A stretch of 64,000 bases of DNA from the human T2T-CHM13v2.0 reference genome, Homo sapiens. The stretch lies in assembly GCF_009914755.1 (NCBI RefSeq), contig NC_060943.1, one strand, 5' to 3'. The notes under the pieces were generated by a model. The model saw nothing but the letters and a program-made list of their open reading frames with translations. It did not search any database and was not told where the DNA came from. Shown here piece by piece: positions 1-15,647 of this stretch. The position numbers and the translations under genes were made by a program. Positions within the stretch are counted from its first letter, which is position 1; each line of letters starts with the position of its first letter.

Positions 1-311
1 GGATGGCTGAGTGAACTCCACCTCCGGGGAACACACAGCTCCACTGAAAAAGAGGAAAGCCACAGGCTCTTTCCTAGGAAGGACCTGCCACAGACCACGC
101 TGAGGGCTGCAAATGACACTGACCCAGCCTCCTGGGATCCTCGGCCACCATGATGGCACCCAAGGCCTGAGAGGGAGGGCAGGGGAAGGACCGGGTCTAT
201 CGACAGGGATGCGTGGCCCATGAGAGCCAGGCACTGTTACAGCAGCCGCTGGGGCGTGGATTTTGGCGGGGAGGGGGCAGGGCTGCTGTGGTTGGCTTTT
301 AGACCGGGCGG

Positions 312-505
312 GGGGGGTCTCATCTAGGGCAATTCTGCCCCCAGGGGACTCTGGGCAACGTCTGGGGACATCTGCGGTTGTCAGGACTAGGGGTGCTCCT
401 GACCCTGGGTGGAGGCCAGGGACGTTGCTCAGCACCCAGCAGTGTCCAGGACGGCCCCACCCTAGGGAACGGCCCAGCCCGCATGTCCGCAGTGCTCAGG
501 GTAGA
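312..505 (+). mobile_element. MER20-like DNA transposon
   Basis: attctgcccccagggga...gtctggggacatct..ggttgtca...gggtggaggccaggga. Confidence 0.75.
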
Positions 506-1000
506 CGCTTTAGAGCATCCCCGGTGACCATGTGTGTGCAACCACACGGAGGGGGGGGAAACGTGATTTTAAAAGCCCATCAGGTTGGAGGGGCACGAAC
601 TGACGCACGGGACAGGGAGCGCCCTGAAGCTGGGCTGCACGGCCTTCAGGCCAGGTGGAGCGAGACTTGCTGTCAAACAGGCAGAGCCACTGAGAGCACT
701 GAAACCCGAGCGGAAAGCCCCGTGGCTCCCATAAGGCCGGCACCGCCGAGTCAGCGTTAACGGGACGCTGGGTCTGGACGCTGCTGGCCCTGCACCCCAG
801 ACAGAGGCCCGCCCCCCTCATCCCTCCCAGGGCCTACTGCCCGCTGCTGCCCCCTGGTGGCTCGGCCCAGAAGGGGAGGCCCCAGTTGGGGAAACCGAGG
901 CCTGCAGAGAGCACCAGGCCCCACAGCAAGTCTGAGGCTTCTGGGTGAACACTGTAGCCCCCGCAGCTCCCCTGGAGCCCAGGCCCATGCCCGCCGTTAC

Positions 1001-1115
1001 CTGGCCCCTTGCCCGAGGCCTCCAGCTTGCGGAGCTTGGAGATCTCGTCCTCGGTGATGGTGGTCATGTCCCGCCAGAAGTCGGCGTTCTTGCCCTGCTC
1101 CAGCTCCATGTAGAC
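1001..1115 (-). CDS. CACTIN: CACTIN coding exon 6 (VYMELEQGKNADFWRDM...SGKGP); gene continues beyond left edge
   Basis: ccccAG acceptor, CAG|GTAACG donor, 115 nt. Confidence 0.93.
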
Positions 1116-1205
1116 CTGGGGGCAGGGGGCAGGGGTCAGGACACGGGTGTGGCTGGGGTGGGGGTGAGGGTGCAGGTCAGAGGAGCATCGGGTGGGGCTG
1201 GGTAC

Positions 1206-1368
1206 CTGGATATCCTCCAGCAGGTCCTCCATGTCGGCCACGGTGAGGCCGTTGAGGAACGTGTAGGGCTCATGCATCTCCACGGCCAGATCGTCATCCT
1301 CAGCGCTGATGTACTTGGCCAGCAGGTCGATGGGCTTGGCCCGCCCGTCCCGGATGCGGATCTTGGAA
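1206..1368 (-). CDS. CACTIN: CACTIN coding exon 5 (SKIRIRDGRAKPIDLLAKY...EDLLEDIQ)
   Basis: ccacAG acceptor, CAG|GTACCC donor, 163 nt; conserved IRIRDGRAKPIDLL motif. Confidence 0.95.
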
Positions 1369-2252
1369 CTGTGGGGAGCAGGGGAAGGTGGCATCAGAGC
1401 CTGGGCTGTGCCCTCCATGCTAAAGACCCTGCCCTTGGGGTGACCACACCAGTGGGAGCCGAGGAGGGGCCTGACCCGTTGGGGGTGGTCAGGGAAGGCT
1501 TCCTGGAGGAGGAGGAGGAGGAGGCATAAGGTAGAGTGAGCCGGGTCAGCCAAAGGGCGCAGGCCAGCAGTGCAGACAAAGTGCAAGCAGCGTGGACCCG
1601 GAGGTGGGCCAGGTGGGAGGGGCTTCCTGGAGGGCCTCTGGGATGTGCCCAGGATGGCGGCTTCTATGTGGGCTGTGATGGGGAAGAGTGGAGGAGCTGA
1701 AGCAGAGGCAGGCTGGGGGACCAGAGTAGTCACTGCCTTGCAACCACCTCCTCCCCCAGGCAGACCACTCGGGGCAGAGAGCCGGGTTTCTGTTCTGGGC
1801 CTGCAGGGGGGTACGCGTTGCAGGCGGGCCCTGGTCCAACCCAAGGGAACCCGTCACCAGGGAGGCCCGAGCTGGGAGGAGCCTGATGTCACCCGCCACG
1901 GGGCCCAAGGCAAGCAGGGACACCCCGGAGCCTCAGCTTGTCTGTAAACCAGGCGGATGGGGGTGCCACCCTCCTGGGTGGAGTGTGGGAGGGACAACTG
2001 CAGTCAGTGCAGGACTGGCGTCCAGCATGCGTGGGGTGCCGTTCACCTGGGCCCGTCTCCTCTGCACCCTGCCCAGCAGGGGAGGGCAGGAGACAGAAGC
2101 CTTGCCGCCCGGGAAGGGGTCAGGAAGGGAAGGTCCCAGGAAGTGCCGTGTGGGACCCTGAAGGGTGGGAGAGCAGTGGCTTCCAGAGTGACAGCCAGTG
2201 CCCGGCCCTGGCTCCAAGTCTGGGTCGGAGGGAGGGGGAGGCCCCAGCGCAC

Positions 2253-2398
2253 CGCAGCTTGGCCTGCTGGAGGTGGAAGTTGTCCTCCTGCTCCTCCCAT
2301 GTCTTGAAGTGCTCTGCCTCCTTCTCGCGCTGCAGCATCTCCAGCTCCTGCTCGCGCATGGCCTTCTCCCGCTCCCGCTCCAGCCGCAGCTGCTTCAC
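2253..2398 (-). CDS. CACTIN: CACTIN coding exon 4 (VKQLRLERERE...FHLQQAKLR)
   Basis: ctgcAG acceptor, CG|GTGCGC donor, 146 nt; cactin mid-domain sequence. Confidence 0.95.
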
Positions 2399-2832
2399 CT
2401 GCAGGCACAGGAGGCTGAGGGCAGCGGGGACCGTGCGGTCTGCAGGGCTGCGGGGGGAGGGGCTGTGATGATGGGGGCCCAGCCTTCACCCAGCTGCCCT
2501 GGGCACAGGGATTGGTCCGGAGATGCCTGGGCTGGTGGACAGACCTTGGGAAGGGAGAGGGCCCTCCTGCCCGAGACTCAGCAGCTCAGATCAGCTGGGG
2601 CCCTCTCGGCCACCCTGAAGGGAGCATGTGGGAGTGAAGGCCCGAGGCCAGCAGAGCCGAGAGGTGGAGGGAAACAGTTTCCTGGGGCCATGGTCTGAGC
2701 CCCTGGATCCAGCCTTACCTGAAGCCAGCCCCCAGGACTTCCCACTTAAGCCCCTCAAGTCCTGCCAAAGGGGGCGGGCCTCCAGGCCCTGGAAAGGGAG
2801 GGCCCTGCCCAGTGGGCTGGCAGGGTGCCTAC

Positions 2833-2928
2833 CTTCTGCAGCTCCAGCCGGTTGTCCTCCTGGATCCTCTTGTTCCGCTCCTTCAGCTCCTTCTCCTCCA
2901 GGTGGCTGATCCCCTTCTTCTCCAGGGC
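2833..2928 (-). CDS. CACTIN: CACTIN coding exon 3 (ALEKKGISHLEEKELKERNKRIQEDNRLELQK)
   Basis: ttccAG acceptor, AAG|GTAGGC donor, 96 nt, phase 0-0. Confidence 0.95.
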
Positions 2929-3162
2929 CTGGAAGCACCAGGCACACCTGCCCTGAGCACAGACCCGCCCCCTCGCCCCCCTCCTCAGCTCCTTCGTCCA
3001 AGAGATTGACCAGGGCCCTTGTTTTGCAGAGAGAGGTGACCTGCCAGCACTGCACGTCTTCCACCCCCTCCTTAACACTCCTGAAACCCAGTGCATCCAA
3101 TTCAGTGCAGACATGGAGCCCCCACTGGGAGTGAGATGTATGCAAAGGGTAAGAAGGGGCTA

Positions 3163-3269
3163 CCCCAACTCTCAACAGGAGGGCCTCACTCGGGGCCGCC
3201 CCAACTCCCAACAGGAGGGCCTTGCTCGGGGCCACCCCAGCCCCCAACAGAAGAGCCTTGCTCGGGGCC
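3163..3269. repeat. 36-bp tandem repeat x3, CACTIN intron 2
   Basis: ccccaactc.caacaggagggcct..ctcggggcc units at 3163, 3199, 3235. Confidence 0.85.
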
Positions 3270-4134
3270 TGCTGACTCGCTTTACCCGGGAGTCTGAGTG
3301 CTTCGGACGTGAAGGCCACGCCCTCAGCAAGTCAGGGTCCCCCACTGCACGTGGGACAGGGCAGGAACAGTGAGTGGGGGCAGCAGCAGCTCTGAAAGCA
3401 AACCTGTGGGGTCATGGGGCCCCGCCCACACAGCGGGGCACAGGGGTGGCCACTGATGGGCTTGTCCCAGCCTGGAGACCCTCAAAGCTGGCTTCTTCCA
3501 GCAGCTGTCTGAGAGCCTGGCGCGGAGCCCCCACTTCCCGACCACCTTCCTCAGGCTCCCGGTGCCCCGTCGCCATGAGGGGGTTCCAGGAACCCCTGCC
3601 GCCCAGAACTTGCCTCCAGGGACACAGGCTGCCTGGCTGGGGACCACCCCCAGACACCCGGGCCACTCTGTGGTCTATCCAACCCAGCCTGGGGCCGCTT
3701 CCACAGGCGTCAACGATGACCACATCTTCCTCCTCCATGGCTGCCCGCCCAGAGCTCACGGTGGTGCCCAGCACACCGCAGGTGCACAGCACATGGTGGC
3801 GATGAAGTGCCAGGCAGCAGTGTGTGCCTCAATAAAGAACTCTGGGGGGTCTGGGGAGCAAGGGGCCAGGAAGGGGTCTCTCAAGAGGGGATGTGTCAGT
3901 TGAGGCCTGACGGAAGAGAACAGCCGGGGAAGGGGCAGAGCATGTCCAGGCAGGGGCGCGGCAGTGTGAGGGCCCCGAGGCGGAAGGAGCTCGTTGTGTT
4001 CTCAGACGACATCGGGCAGAAGCCACCTGGAGACCCCACAGCTCCCAACTGCGCAACCGGCGAGCAGGTGCAGTCGGCCCAGCCCACACGTTGCCTGCTC
4101 CACCCCCTCCACAAGTGGATGCTGCTTCAGATGA

Positions 4135-4900
<766 letters not shown>

Positions 4901-5040
4901 CGCAGAACGAAAGAACCAGCTCAGACGACAGAGCGCCTGGAACTGTGGAACCCTGTCCTGGGCACATGATGCCAAGAGCTGGCTCTCTAGATAGGTTTCA
5001 GGTTGGGCTGGTGTTCGGGGCAAAGAATGGCTGAAGCTTA

Positions 5041-5662
<622 letters not shown>

Positions 5663-5814
5663 GAAGCTGATAGCGGCAGAAGCTTGCTTATGCGTGTGTG
5701 TGTAAAACCAACTCTTGCACGATCAAGGGCAGGCTGGGAGTGTCTCAAGTGTTGGGGTCTCCAGAAACAGTGGAAATGCTACAGGGACAGAGGCCACCAC
5801 CCGGCGGGGCCCAC

Positions 5815-6289
5815 CTTATTCCAGATGAAGGTGCCCAGCAGGTTGTTGTCTCCGAAGGGGTTGTCGGTGTTGGTGTAGCCCATGTACTCCTCACCCCAGC
5901 CCATCTTCTCCCGCTTCTTGCGCTCCTTGGCCTCCTTCTTGGCCAGCCGCCGTGCGCGCTTCTCCTCGGGCGTCTCGAAGGCCTTCATCAGCTCCTCCTG
6001 CTGCTTCCGCTCCTCCCGCAGCCGCAGCCGCTCCTGCAGGCTCTGCTGCTGGCTCAGGGCAGCCGCGGCCGCCCGGGGGCTCTGGGATCGCCCTGGAGAC
6101 GCGGAGCTGGATGCTGAGGAGCTAGGAGACCACGAGCGTGCGCGCCGTCGCCGGCGAGCCCACTGGCCCCGTGACTGCTCCTCTCCTGAGTCCGACTGAG
6201 AGGACCCATCTCTTGAGTGCCACTTGGGCCGCGGGGGGCTCCGGCTTCGCATCCCTGAGCGCTGCCACCGCTCTTCCTCTGAATCTGAC
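5815..6289 (-). CDS. CACTIN: CACTIN coding exon 2 (RSDSEEERW...GWGEEYMGYTNTDNPFGDNNLLGTFIWNK)
   Basis: Acceptor ccgcAG at 6291-6290, donor AAG|GTGGGC at 5814; 475 nt; cactin-type GYTNTDNPFGD motif. Confidence 0.95.
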
Positions 6290-7024
6290 CTGCGGAGAGG
6301 ACCATGGATGCCTGCTCAGTGCCTGCAGCTGTCATCTGCTCCACAGATGCTTACTGGGTGCCCGTGGGGGAGCAGGCACTGTTCTAGGTTCTGGGGACAC
6401 AGCAGTGACCCAAATACCGATGGCTTCTGCCTTCCTGGGCTCACCCTCTGGTGGGCCCCAACAAGGAAGACATCAACAAATAAACACACCACGCAACACT
6501 AGGCAGAGGCAGAAGCCACAAAGAGTAGCAATGCCGAGCACAGGGGCTGGGGCTGCAGGGCCGAGGTCAGAGAGGGGCTCTCTCAGGAGCTGACACTGAG
6601 CCAAGGTCTGGAGGGAGTGGGGAGGCAGCGATGGGTGGATTCGGAGGGAGAGTGCTCGAGGCAGAGCAAGAGCGAGGGCCTAGAGGCAGGCACTGACCTG
6701 CCACATTCTAAGAACAACAAGGAGGCTGTATGGCTGAGACAGAGTGTGGGGGAGAGGGAGGAGGCGCGGGCAGGGAGGTGGCTGGGGCTGGTGGCGCAGG
6801 AATTATAAGGGTACGAACCAGGGGACCCGAACACATTTAGGCTGTCAAGGGAGGGCTTCCTAGATGGAAGTGGTATTTGAACTAGTCCCACAGGATGGAC
6901 AGGAGTTAACAGAGTAGAGCGCAGGGAATGGAAGATGCACAACCTCAGGGGTGGTTCAGGGGCCTTTAATTTTATTTATTAGAGACAAGGTCTACTAGAC
7001 ACAGAGTCTACTAGAGACAAGGTC

Positions 7025-7880
7025 TATATTTTTATTTATTAGAGACAGAGTCTCCCTCTGTCACACAGGCTGGAGTGCATGATCAGAGCTCACTGCAGCC
7101 TTGACCTCCTGGGCTCAAGCCATCCTCTCGCCTCAGCCTCCTGAGTAGCGGGGACTACAGGCACACACCACCACGCCCAGGTAACTCTTTACATTTTTTT
7201 GTACAGAGGGGTCTTGCTATGTTGCCCAGGCTGGTCTTGAACTCCTGGGCTCAGGCAAGCCTCCTGTCTCAGCCTCCCAAAGTGTTGGGATTACAGATGT
7301 GAGCCACTGCGCTCAGTCACGTTTAGGGGTCTTTGTACACAGAGAACTGCCAAATATTTTGTTAAATGCTCTACCCATTAAGCTCATGTCAAAAAAATCT
7401 AAACTATGTTGAAACCAATCATTGCAGAGCCCTTAAATATTGGCCACAAGTTCAACTGAATTTTCGTGAACATTAATTCTAATTACATATCTAGAGTGGC
7501 AAATTATTGTGAATAATTCCAATACCAGAAAATGGTAGGCGAAAAAACACAAAGATGACATTAACAAGACTTATGGGCAGGCGCGGTGGCTCACGCCTGT
7601 AATCCCAGCACTTTGGGAGGCCGAGGCGGGCAGATCACTTGAGGCCAGGAGTTCAAGACCTGCCTGGCCAATATGGAGAAATCCCAGCTCTACGAAAAAA
7701 TTCAAAAATTAGCTGGGTGTGGCAACAAGCACCTGTAACCCCAGCTACCGGGGAGGCTGAGGCTGAAGAATCGCTTGAACCCAGGAGGCAGAGGTAACAG
7801 CCGAGATCGTGCCACTGCACCCCAGCCTGGGCGACAGAGCAAGACTCCGTCTCAAAAACAAACAAACAAAAAAACCAACA
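7025..7880. mobile_element. AluJ-like (- strand, ~7025-7320) and AluS-like (+ strand, ~7576-7880)
   Basis: Alu consensus and tails. Confidence 0.88.
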
Positions 7881-8479
7881 ACCGATGAGTGAACTTGGCC
7901 CAGAGCGGGGCAAGACTGGCCTGAGTGTCAGCCACGAAGGGGCTGAGCCAGCACTGGGGCCCCGGTCTGGGAATCAGTCCCTGTCCCCATTTTGGTTTCT
8001 CTGTACTGGAGCCGGCTCAAGGCAAATCCGACCAAGTGCCCCATCTCCAGAAGAAAAGGACCATGGGGAAGCTGAGATTCAGGTACTAGGAATCAGCTGT
8101 GAGTCCTGCCAGCTGACACCGAGTCTTTTTCCCTCCCACAGCCCACCTCCATTAGCAAATGTTGTCTCCTCTACTTCCAGAATCCCTCTGAAATCTACGC
8201 ACTTTGCCCGCTGTGGTTGACTACAGCCTCCCTCCCATCGAGACTGCCATCATCTACTGTCTGGACAATTGTGCCGTCCTACTCTGATGCCGCTCCTGCC
8301 TACCCCGCTCCATCCCTTCTCCACCTCAAAGCCAGAAAGTATGCAGAGTTAAGTCAGTCCACGTCACTCCCCTACCCAAACTCCTCTCAAGACTCTCCAT
8401 TTCCCTCCGACTAATAGCCAAGATCTAATGTGCTGAGCACACAGGGCTCGATATGATATGATCTGATCTCTCGTTACCT

Positions 8480-9420
8480 CCCCGCCGCCTCGCTCACCCG
8501 GCTCCGGGCTGTCCCTCCAACCGCCCGGTCCCCTGCCTGGAACGCCTCTCGCCTTCCTTCCGCTGCCAGGTTAATTCCAACCGGTGGTCAATTGTCCCCT
8601 TCTCCAGGAAGCCCTCCCCGAGTAAGTCGGGGGTTTCCCGGTTCCCCGGGATCTCCAACCCTCGGTCGGGCGCTCCTGAGGTAGGAGCCGGATCCCCAGC
8701 GCTGCTCCCGCAGCGACCCCACCTGCGCTCCCGGCTCCGCCGCCTCCGTCTGCGCCGTCCCTCGTCCTCCCGGCGCCGTCGGTTTCGCCGCCCATGGCTC
8801 CTGCTCCGACTTCGGCTCCCGCTCTGACTCTGCCGCCTTCGGCCCCGGCGACCCGCGGACCGCGAGCGCGAGCGTGTGTCCCGACCCATCGGCTGGGCCA
8901 GTGGCCGCGGCACCAACACCAATAGCCGAAGCCTGCGCTGGGGGCCTTCCTCGCCCACGGCGCTCTCCAGGCTGCCCCGTTTGCGCCTGAGCCGGGAAAG
9001 AGCAACCCATCCCGTCGCCCCAGCCCGCAAGGACTCCGACACCCCAGACTCTCCACTACGTCTGCAAATGTGGACCGCGTGATTGACTCCAGTGGGATTG
9101 TTGCCTCCAGGGTGGCGGAGTCTCCTTTCAGGCAGTGCTGGAGGCAGCCCTAGGCGGGTCCCCACGCCTCAGGGGGCCTGAGAAACTGTGGGCGGGGCAA
9201 GGGCAAACTAGGAACCTTGTGCAGGGAGGGGCCTGCCGAGGCGAGACCAATAAGAAGCGGGTCTAGGTCGGAAGTAGCGCTTCATTGGCGTGGCCAGGGG
9301 CGTGGCCGAGGAGAGGCGTGTCCGGGGAGCGAGGTCCCCGAAAGGCGAGGAACCGGGAAGGTGTTAGGTGCCAGGCAGCTCCAGAGGGCAGAGGGCGGGC
9401 GCGGGGACAGAAACTGAAAA
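8480..9420 (-). promoter_or_regulatory. CACTIN CpG-island promoter
   Basis: High CpG density around exon 1; GC box GGGCGGGG 9190-9197, CCAAT 9247-9251, ETS-like CGGAAGT 9269-9275, ATTGG 9284-9288. Confidence 0.8.
8723..8889 (-). CDS. CACTIN: CACTIN coding exon 1 (MGRDTRSRSRSAGRR..., RS-rich N-terminus)
   Basis: ATG at 8889-8887, Arg/Ser-rich peptide, donor AG|GTGGGG at 8722; 167 nt, phase 2, joins exon 2 in frame. Confidence 0.95.
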
Positions 9421-9888
9421 GCCTTCTTATGAGAGTCATCGTTATGCTCCACCACCTGCCAATGAACACCTATGTATTTTGGGAGTTAAGCTTTAAAAAA
9501 AAACAAAAACTTTGATAACTCCCTGTATTCCCCCATCAACCCATTTTAGAGACGGGGAAACTGAGGCTCAGAGAGGGAAAGTCACTCTTAACACTTGCCT
9601 TCTCAACCCAGGCTGCCCAGCTTTGTGGTGTGGGTGCTGGGGACCCGTGGGAGGGTTGTGAGCAGGGTTTGGGGGACTTGCTGTTGAAACAAGTTTGGCG
9701 TGGGAGGACGGACTTCAGGGGCAAGGCTGGAGGCCAGAGACCTAGAAGACGCTGATGTCCCATCCTGAGCTCCCCTAGCCCATGGTGGCTGCTACCACCA
9801 CCCCGTGCAGTTCTAACCACTCGGGGCTGGGAAGGCCTGTTTATGGAGGATGATAGTAATTTAAGCTAACTTTTAAAATATTTATCTT

Positions 9889-12240
<2,352 letters not shown>

Positions 12241-12309
12241 CACAGAACAAAGTCACTCCTCAGACTCCCAACCAGACCTCCGGAACCCACAGAAAGGCAA
12301 ACAGGCGGA

Positions 12310-15296
12310 TGCTTATTACCCGATTTATTAGAGAGATCTCTAAAAAGACGGGGTGTGGCGGGGGTAGGTGGGCGAGGAACCTGGGATGCAAACCAGTGTT
12401 TGGGGCCAGGAGTGGCTGTATGGTTTCAGAGGCGCCCACCACTCTGGGTTTGAGGGACACAGCACCCTCGTCTCGGCGCTTTGGATTGTCACGCACCAGA
12501 CCACGGGGCGGAGGAATGGAGTGGCATCCCTGGGGGGAGTTAAGACACACGAGGTTTGCAGTTTCATTTTGTTTCAGAATCAGTTTGGCCATAAAAATGG
12601 GACTGGGTTGGGGACAGGCGGAGCGATTGAACCACCGGAGATGAGGAGGAGGTGGCAGGCGCCTCTCCTGGGGTGGGGACTGAGGGCTGTGGAGACAGTA
12701 CCATGGTGAAGGACCCCATGGCAATGGGAGTATTGCACTGAGCCAGGTTTCGGGGGAACGGGGACGTGTCGGGATGGCGTAGGGGGACAGAGCCTGGCAG
12801 GAGACACATGGAAGTTTCCGCCTTGTCAGTCTCAGAGCAAACGCCTTTTAGTCTTTACAGTACAGGAATTTGGACACTGCCCACGTTCTCAGTGGACAGC
12901 AGCCATCAGAGGTGACCCAGGAGGGGAAGTGGGCATTGGTCACCAAGGTATTTACAGACTTCTATCATGGGGGACAGCGGGGTGGGTCCAGCAGCCTCCC
13001 TCGCGGGGGATCTGAGGGAGACCGAGTTCGCTAAATATTATAAATAGGTCTTGCCGTCCTCCTGCCCCCGCCCCTCGGCACAGTCAGTGGAGCACGTCAG
13101 CCTCGGTTTACAGTTCTCTGAAAAGGAACCAAAAAACACAACCAACACCAAGTATATCTCCAAAGGGGCCTTGGAGACAACACAAGAATGGAAATGAAAT
13201 GGTATCCACAGAGGTTTGCACATTTCTCCTGCAAAGGCGCGTCGGCCGGGCACTGGTGTCCCGTGTCACTCAGCGGAGGGAGGCTGCCCTGGACGCGGTG
13301 CCGCCCGCCCGGGGCCACACCTGCTGCTCCGAGTCACCCCACAGGCTCTTGGCGTCTCTGGTGCCAGGGCTCTGGGCAGGGCGACTCGAGGACTCCCTGG
13401 GAGGACTGGTGTGGCCTCTGGGGGTTGGGCCTTTGAGATGACAATGCCCCTGTCCCTGCTGGCCATCCAGGTCCCAGACACCCCTTCTGACCTCTGCCCC
13501 TGCCTCCCCGGGGGGTGCCTGCTGGGTGTCCTTCGGAGGGACAGGGCGGGGGCTGATGGGTGGATGCCCGGTGCCAGCAGATGAGCACCAGGCTGTGAAC
13601 TGAGGCCAAGGTCGCTTCCCAGGGCTGGACAGACCCTCTGAGCACGCAGGGAGGACCCCACGTGGGCTTGTCCTGATGGATGCTGGGAGCCACGCGGGTG
13701 GCCGGTTCCCGAGGAGGGTCGGCCCCTCTCCTGGGCAGAGTGGAGGGGCTGCTCTCGTGGAGTGTGTGTCCTCGCTGGGGACCTCGGGGATGGGTCCGGC
13801 TTCTCCACAGCAGGGGCCTTCCAGGCGCAGCGTGTGGGCTGTGCAGGAGGCCGACGGGACGTGAACAGCGGGTGGCGTGGCGTCATACGGAGGTTGTAAC
13901 AGACAAAACACAGAGCCCTGCCTGGGAGGTTCTCCGGCCGTCTCAGACCCCACACCAGGCTCTGCCAGGTCTGGAGAGGAATTCTTCCCAAAGGTGCAGC
14001 TTCCACTCCAGCTCCTCACATCCTGGGCACATCTTGGAAGTGGGGGATTCCCACAGCCATCACCAATAAGCCCCTCTCAGGGGTCCTGGGGAAGGGCAGG
14101 GTGGGTGACTCTGCCGAGCTCTGGCCTCCAACCAGCACCCTCTGAGCGCAGCGGGCCCAGGAAGCTGCCCCAGGGCAGTCTGGGCTGAGTCCCACCACTG
14201 GGAGCGCTGCCCTCTTGGAGGGTGATGAGTCGGAAACAAAGTCTTCTCTCCCCTCCTCGGAGACATCACATCACTTAAACAAGAAAGAGGCGGCGGACAT
14301 CCACACCAGTCCTGAAGGAGACTCCTGTGGAGCCGGGCCTGGCCCCCTAGGCCATGTCTCCACGTGGAGGGGGCGGGGAGCCTGACCTTCCGCCCTGAGC
14401 TGGTCTCCTGTGGCCCAAGGCCCGGCCTCCCGCTCTGTCCTGCCATGGAGAAAACGTCTCCGTTGCCTGGGCCCTCCATGCCAGTTGCTGAGTGGCCTAC
14501 GTTGGAAGAGAAGGACAAGTCCCCAGCCCTGAGCTCCGCCAGCGTGGGTGGCAGCCTGGGGAAGAGGAGGCCTGGCCCTCCAGCTGTGGTGGGTCTGGAT
14601 TGGAGGCGCCAGAGGTTTTTGCTCGAGGGGCACCTGGGAGGTGGGCGTCAGGGCCCCACTGCGGCGGGAACATAGCTGCTGAGTGGCCGCAGTGCTTGGC
14701 AGGGCGAGGGCTGTCCCCACAGTCGATGTTCAGGCCAGATGTCCTGCACTGAGGCCCCCAAACCCAAGCTGAGGGCAGGAGGGTCCGCTTCCCACGTGGA
14801 TGGAGGCAGAGTTGCTCGGGACCCCAGCCGTCCCCTCTGCAGGCCGATGGGGCCCCCGGGGCTCAGGTCCCCAGAGGCCACCGCGAACAGCCTGGCTTCT
14901 TCCTCAGGACACAGGCAGGCACAGCAGAGAACCAAAGAGTGCAGTGGGCAGGGGCTCTTCTCCCTCTGGTTGGTTTGTTTGTGTCTTTTTTGTTCTTTTC
15001 CTAAAACGGCACACACGTGCTTCCGTCTCTGTGCCAAATAAGGACTCAAATGCGATTGGCCGCTCGGGAGGGTGGGTCTCACAGGGGCAGGCTGCCGACC
15101 GGGGTGCCGGGGCCCTGGGAGGCTTGTCGGGGAGGGGCCCGGCCGTCGGCATCCGTGCAGGGGGAGGACGAGGTCCGGTGGGGCGGCGAGGCGGGCATCT
15201 CCCGAGCTCTGGGCCTCAGCGGGGTGGGCAGCGCCTTCGGGGGCAGCCGGAGCAGAAGTGGAGCTCGGCTCTGGGTCGGGGGCTGCATAGAAATTA
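12310..15296 (-). other. PIP5K1C: PIP5K1C terminal exon 18: stop codon TAA (15296-15294) plus ~3 kb 3'UTR
   Basis: Acceptor cttgcAG|TAA at 15298-15297; repeat-free sequence down to AATAAA. Confidence 0.88.
12324..12329 (-). terminator. PIP5K1C polyadenylation signal AATAAA
   Basis: tttatt on + strand; GU-rich element (CTGTTTGCCTTTCTGTGGG on - strand) downstream; cleavage about 12305-12310. Confidence 0.8.
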
Positions 15297-15563
15297 CTGC
15301 AAGAGCAAGAGGACAGGTGAAGGTGGGCGGGGCGAGGGCCCACCCCAGGCCCCCTGCCAGGGACTGGCTTCCTTGGGCCAACACAGGCCCTGAGACACTT
15401 ACCCCACGGCCACCTCAGAGCCAGAGAGCCCAGGGTGGAGCTCTGGGCCACCTGTGCCCTCCCGCCCCGGGCCTCAGTCCCTGCCTATCCCAGTAGCTGG
15501 GGACCACGCTCAGTAGAACCTTGGAGCCCACGGGACCGGCGGGTGCACCTGGGCTGCACTTAC

Positions 15564-15647
15564 TGTGTCGCTCTCGCCGTCGGAGGCCGGGGGGGCCTGG
15601 GCGCTATAGTGGAGCGGGGAGTACACCCAGCTCCTCTCATCGGTGGG
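15564..15647 (-). CDS. PIP5K1C: PIP5K1C exon 17, 28-aa talin/AP-2-binding tail ([28 protein letters not shown]), 668-aa isoform
   Basis: gccAG acceptor, ACA|GTAAGT donor, 84 nt phase 0-0; WVYSPL talin-FERM motif. Confidence 0.96.

Noticed and set aside
8890-9165. In-frame upstream extension of CACTIN (92 codons from a GTG)
   Set aside because: No ATG, and probably partly upstream of the transcription start; open frames are expected in CpG islands
13266-15451. 240-270 aa ORFs in the PIP5K1C 3'UTR
   Set aside because: No recognisable domains; expected by chance at this GC content
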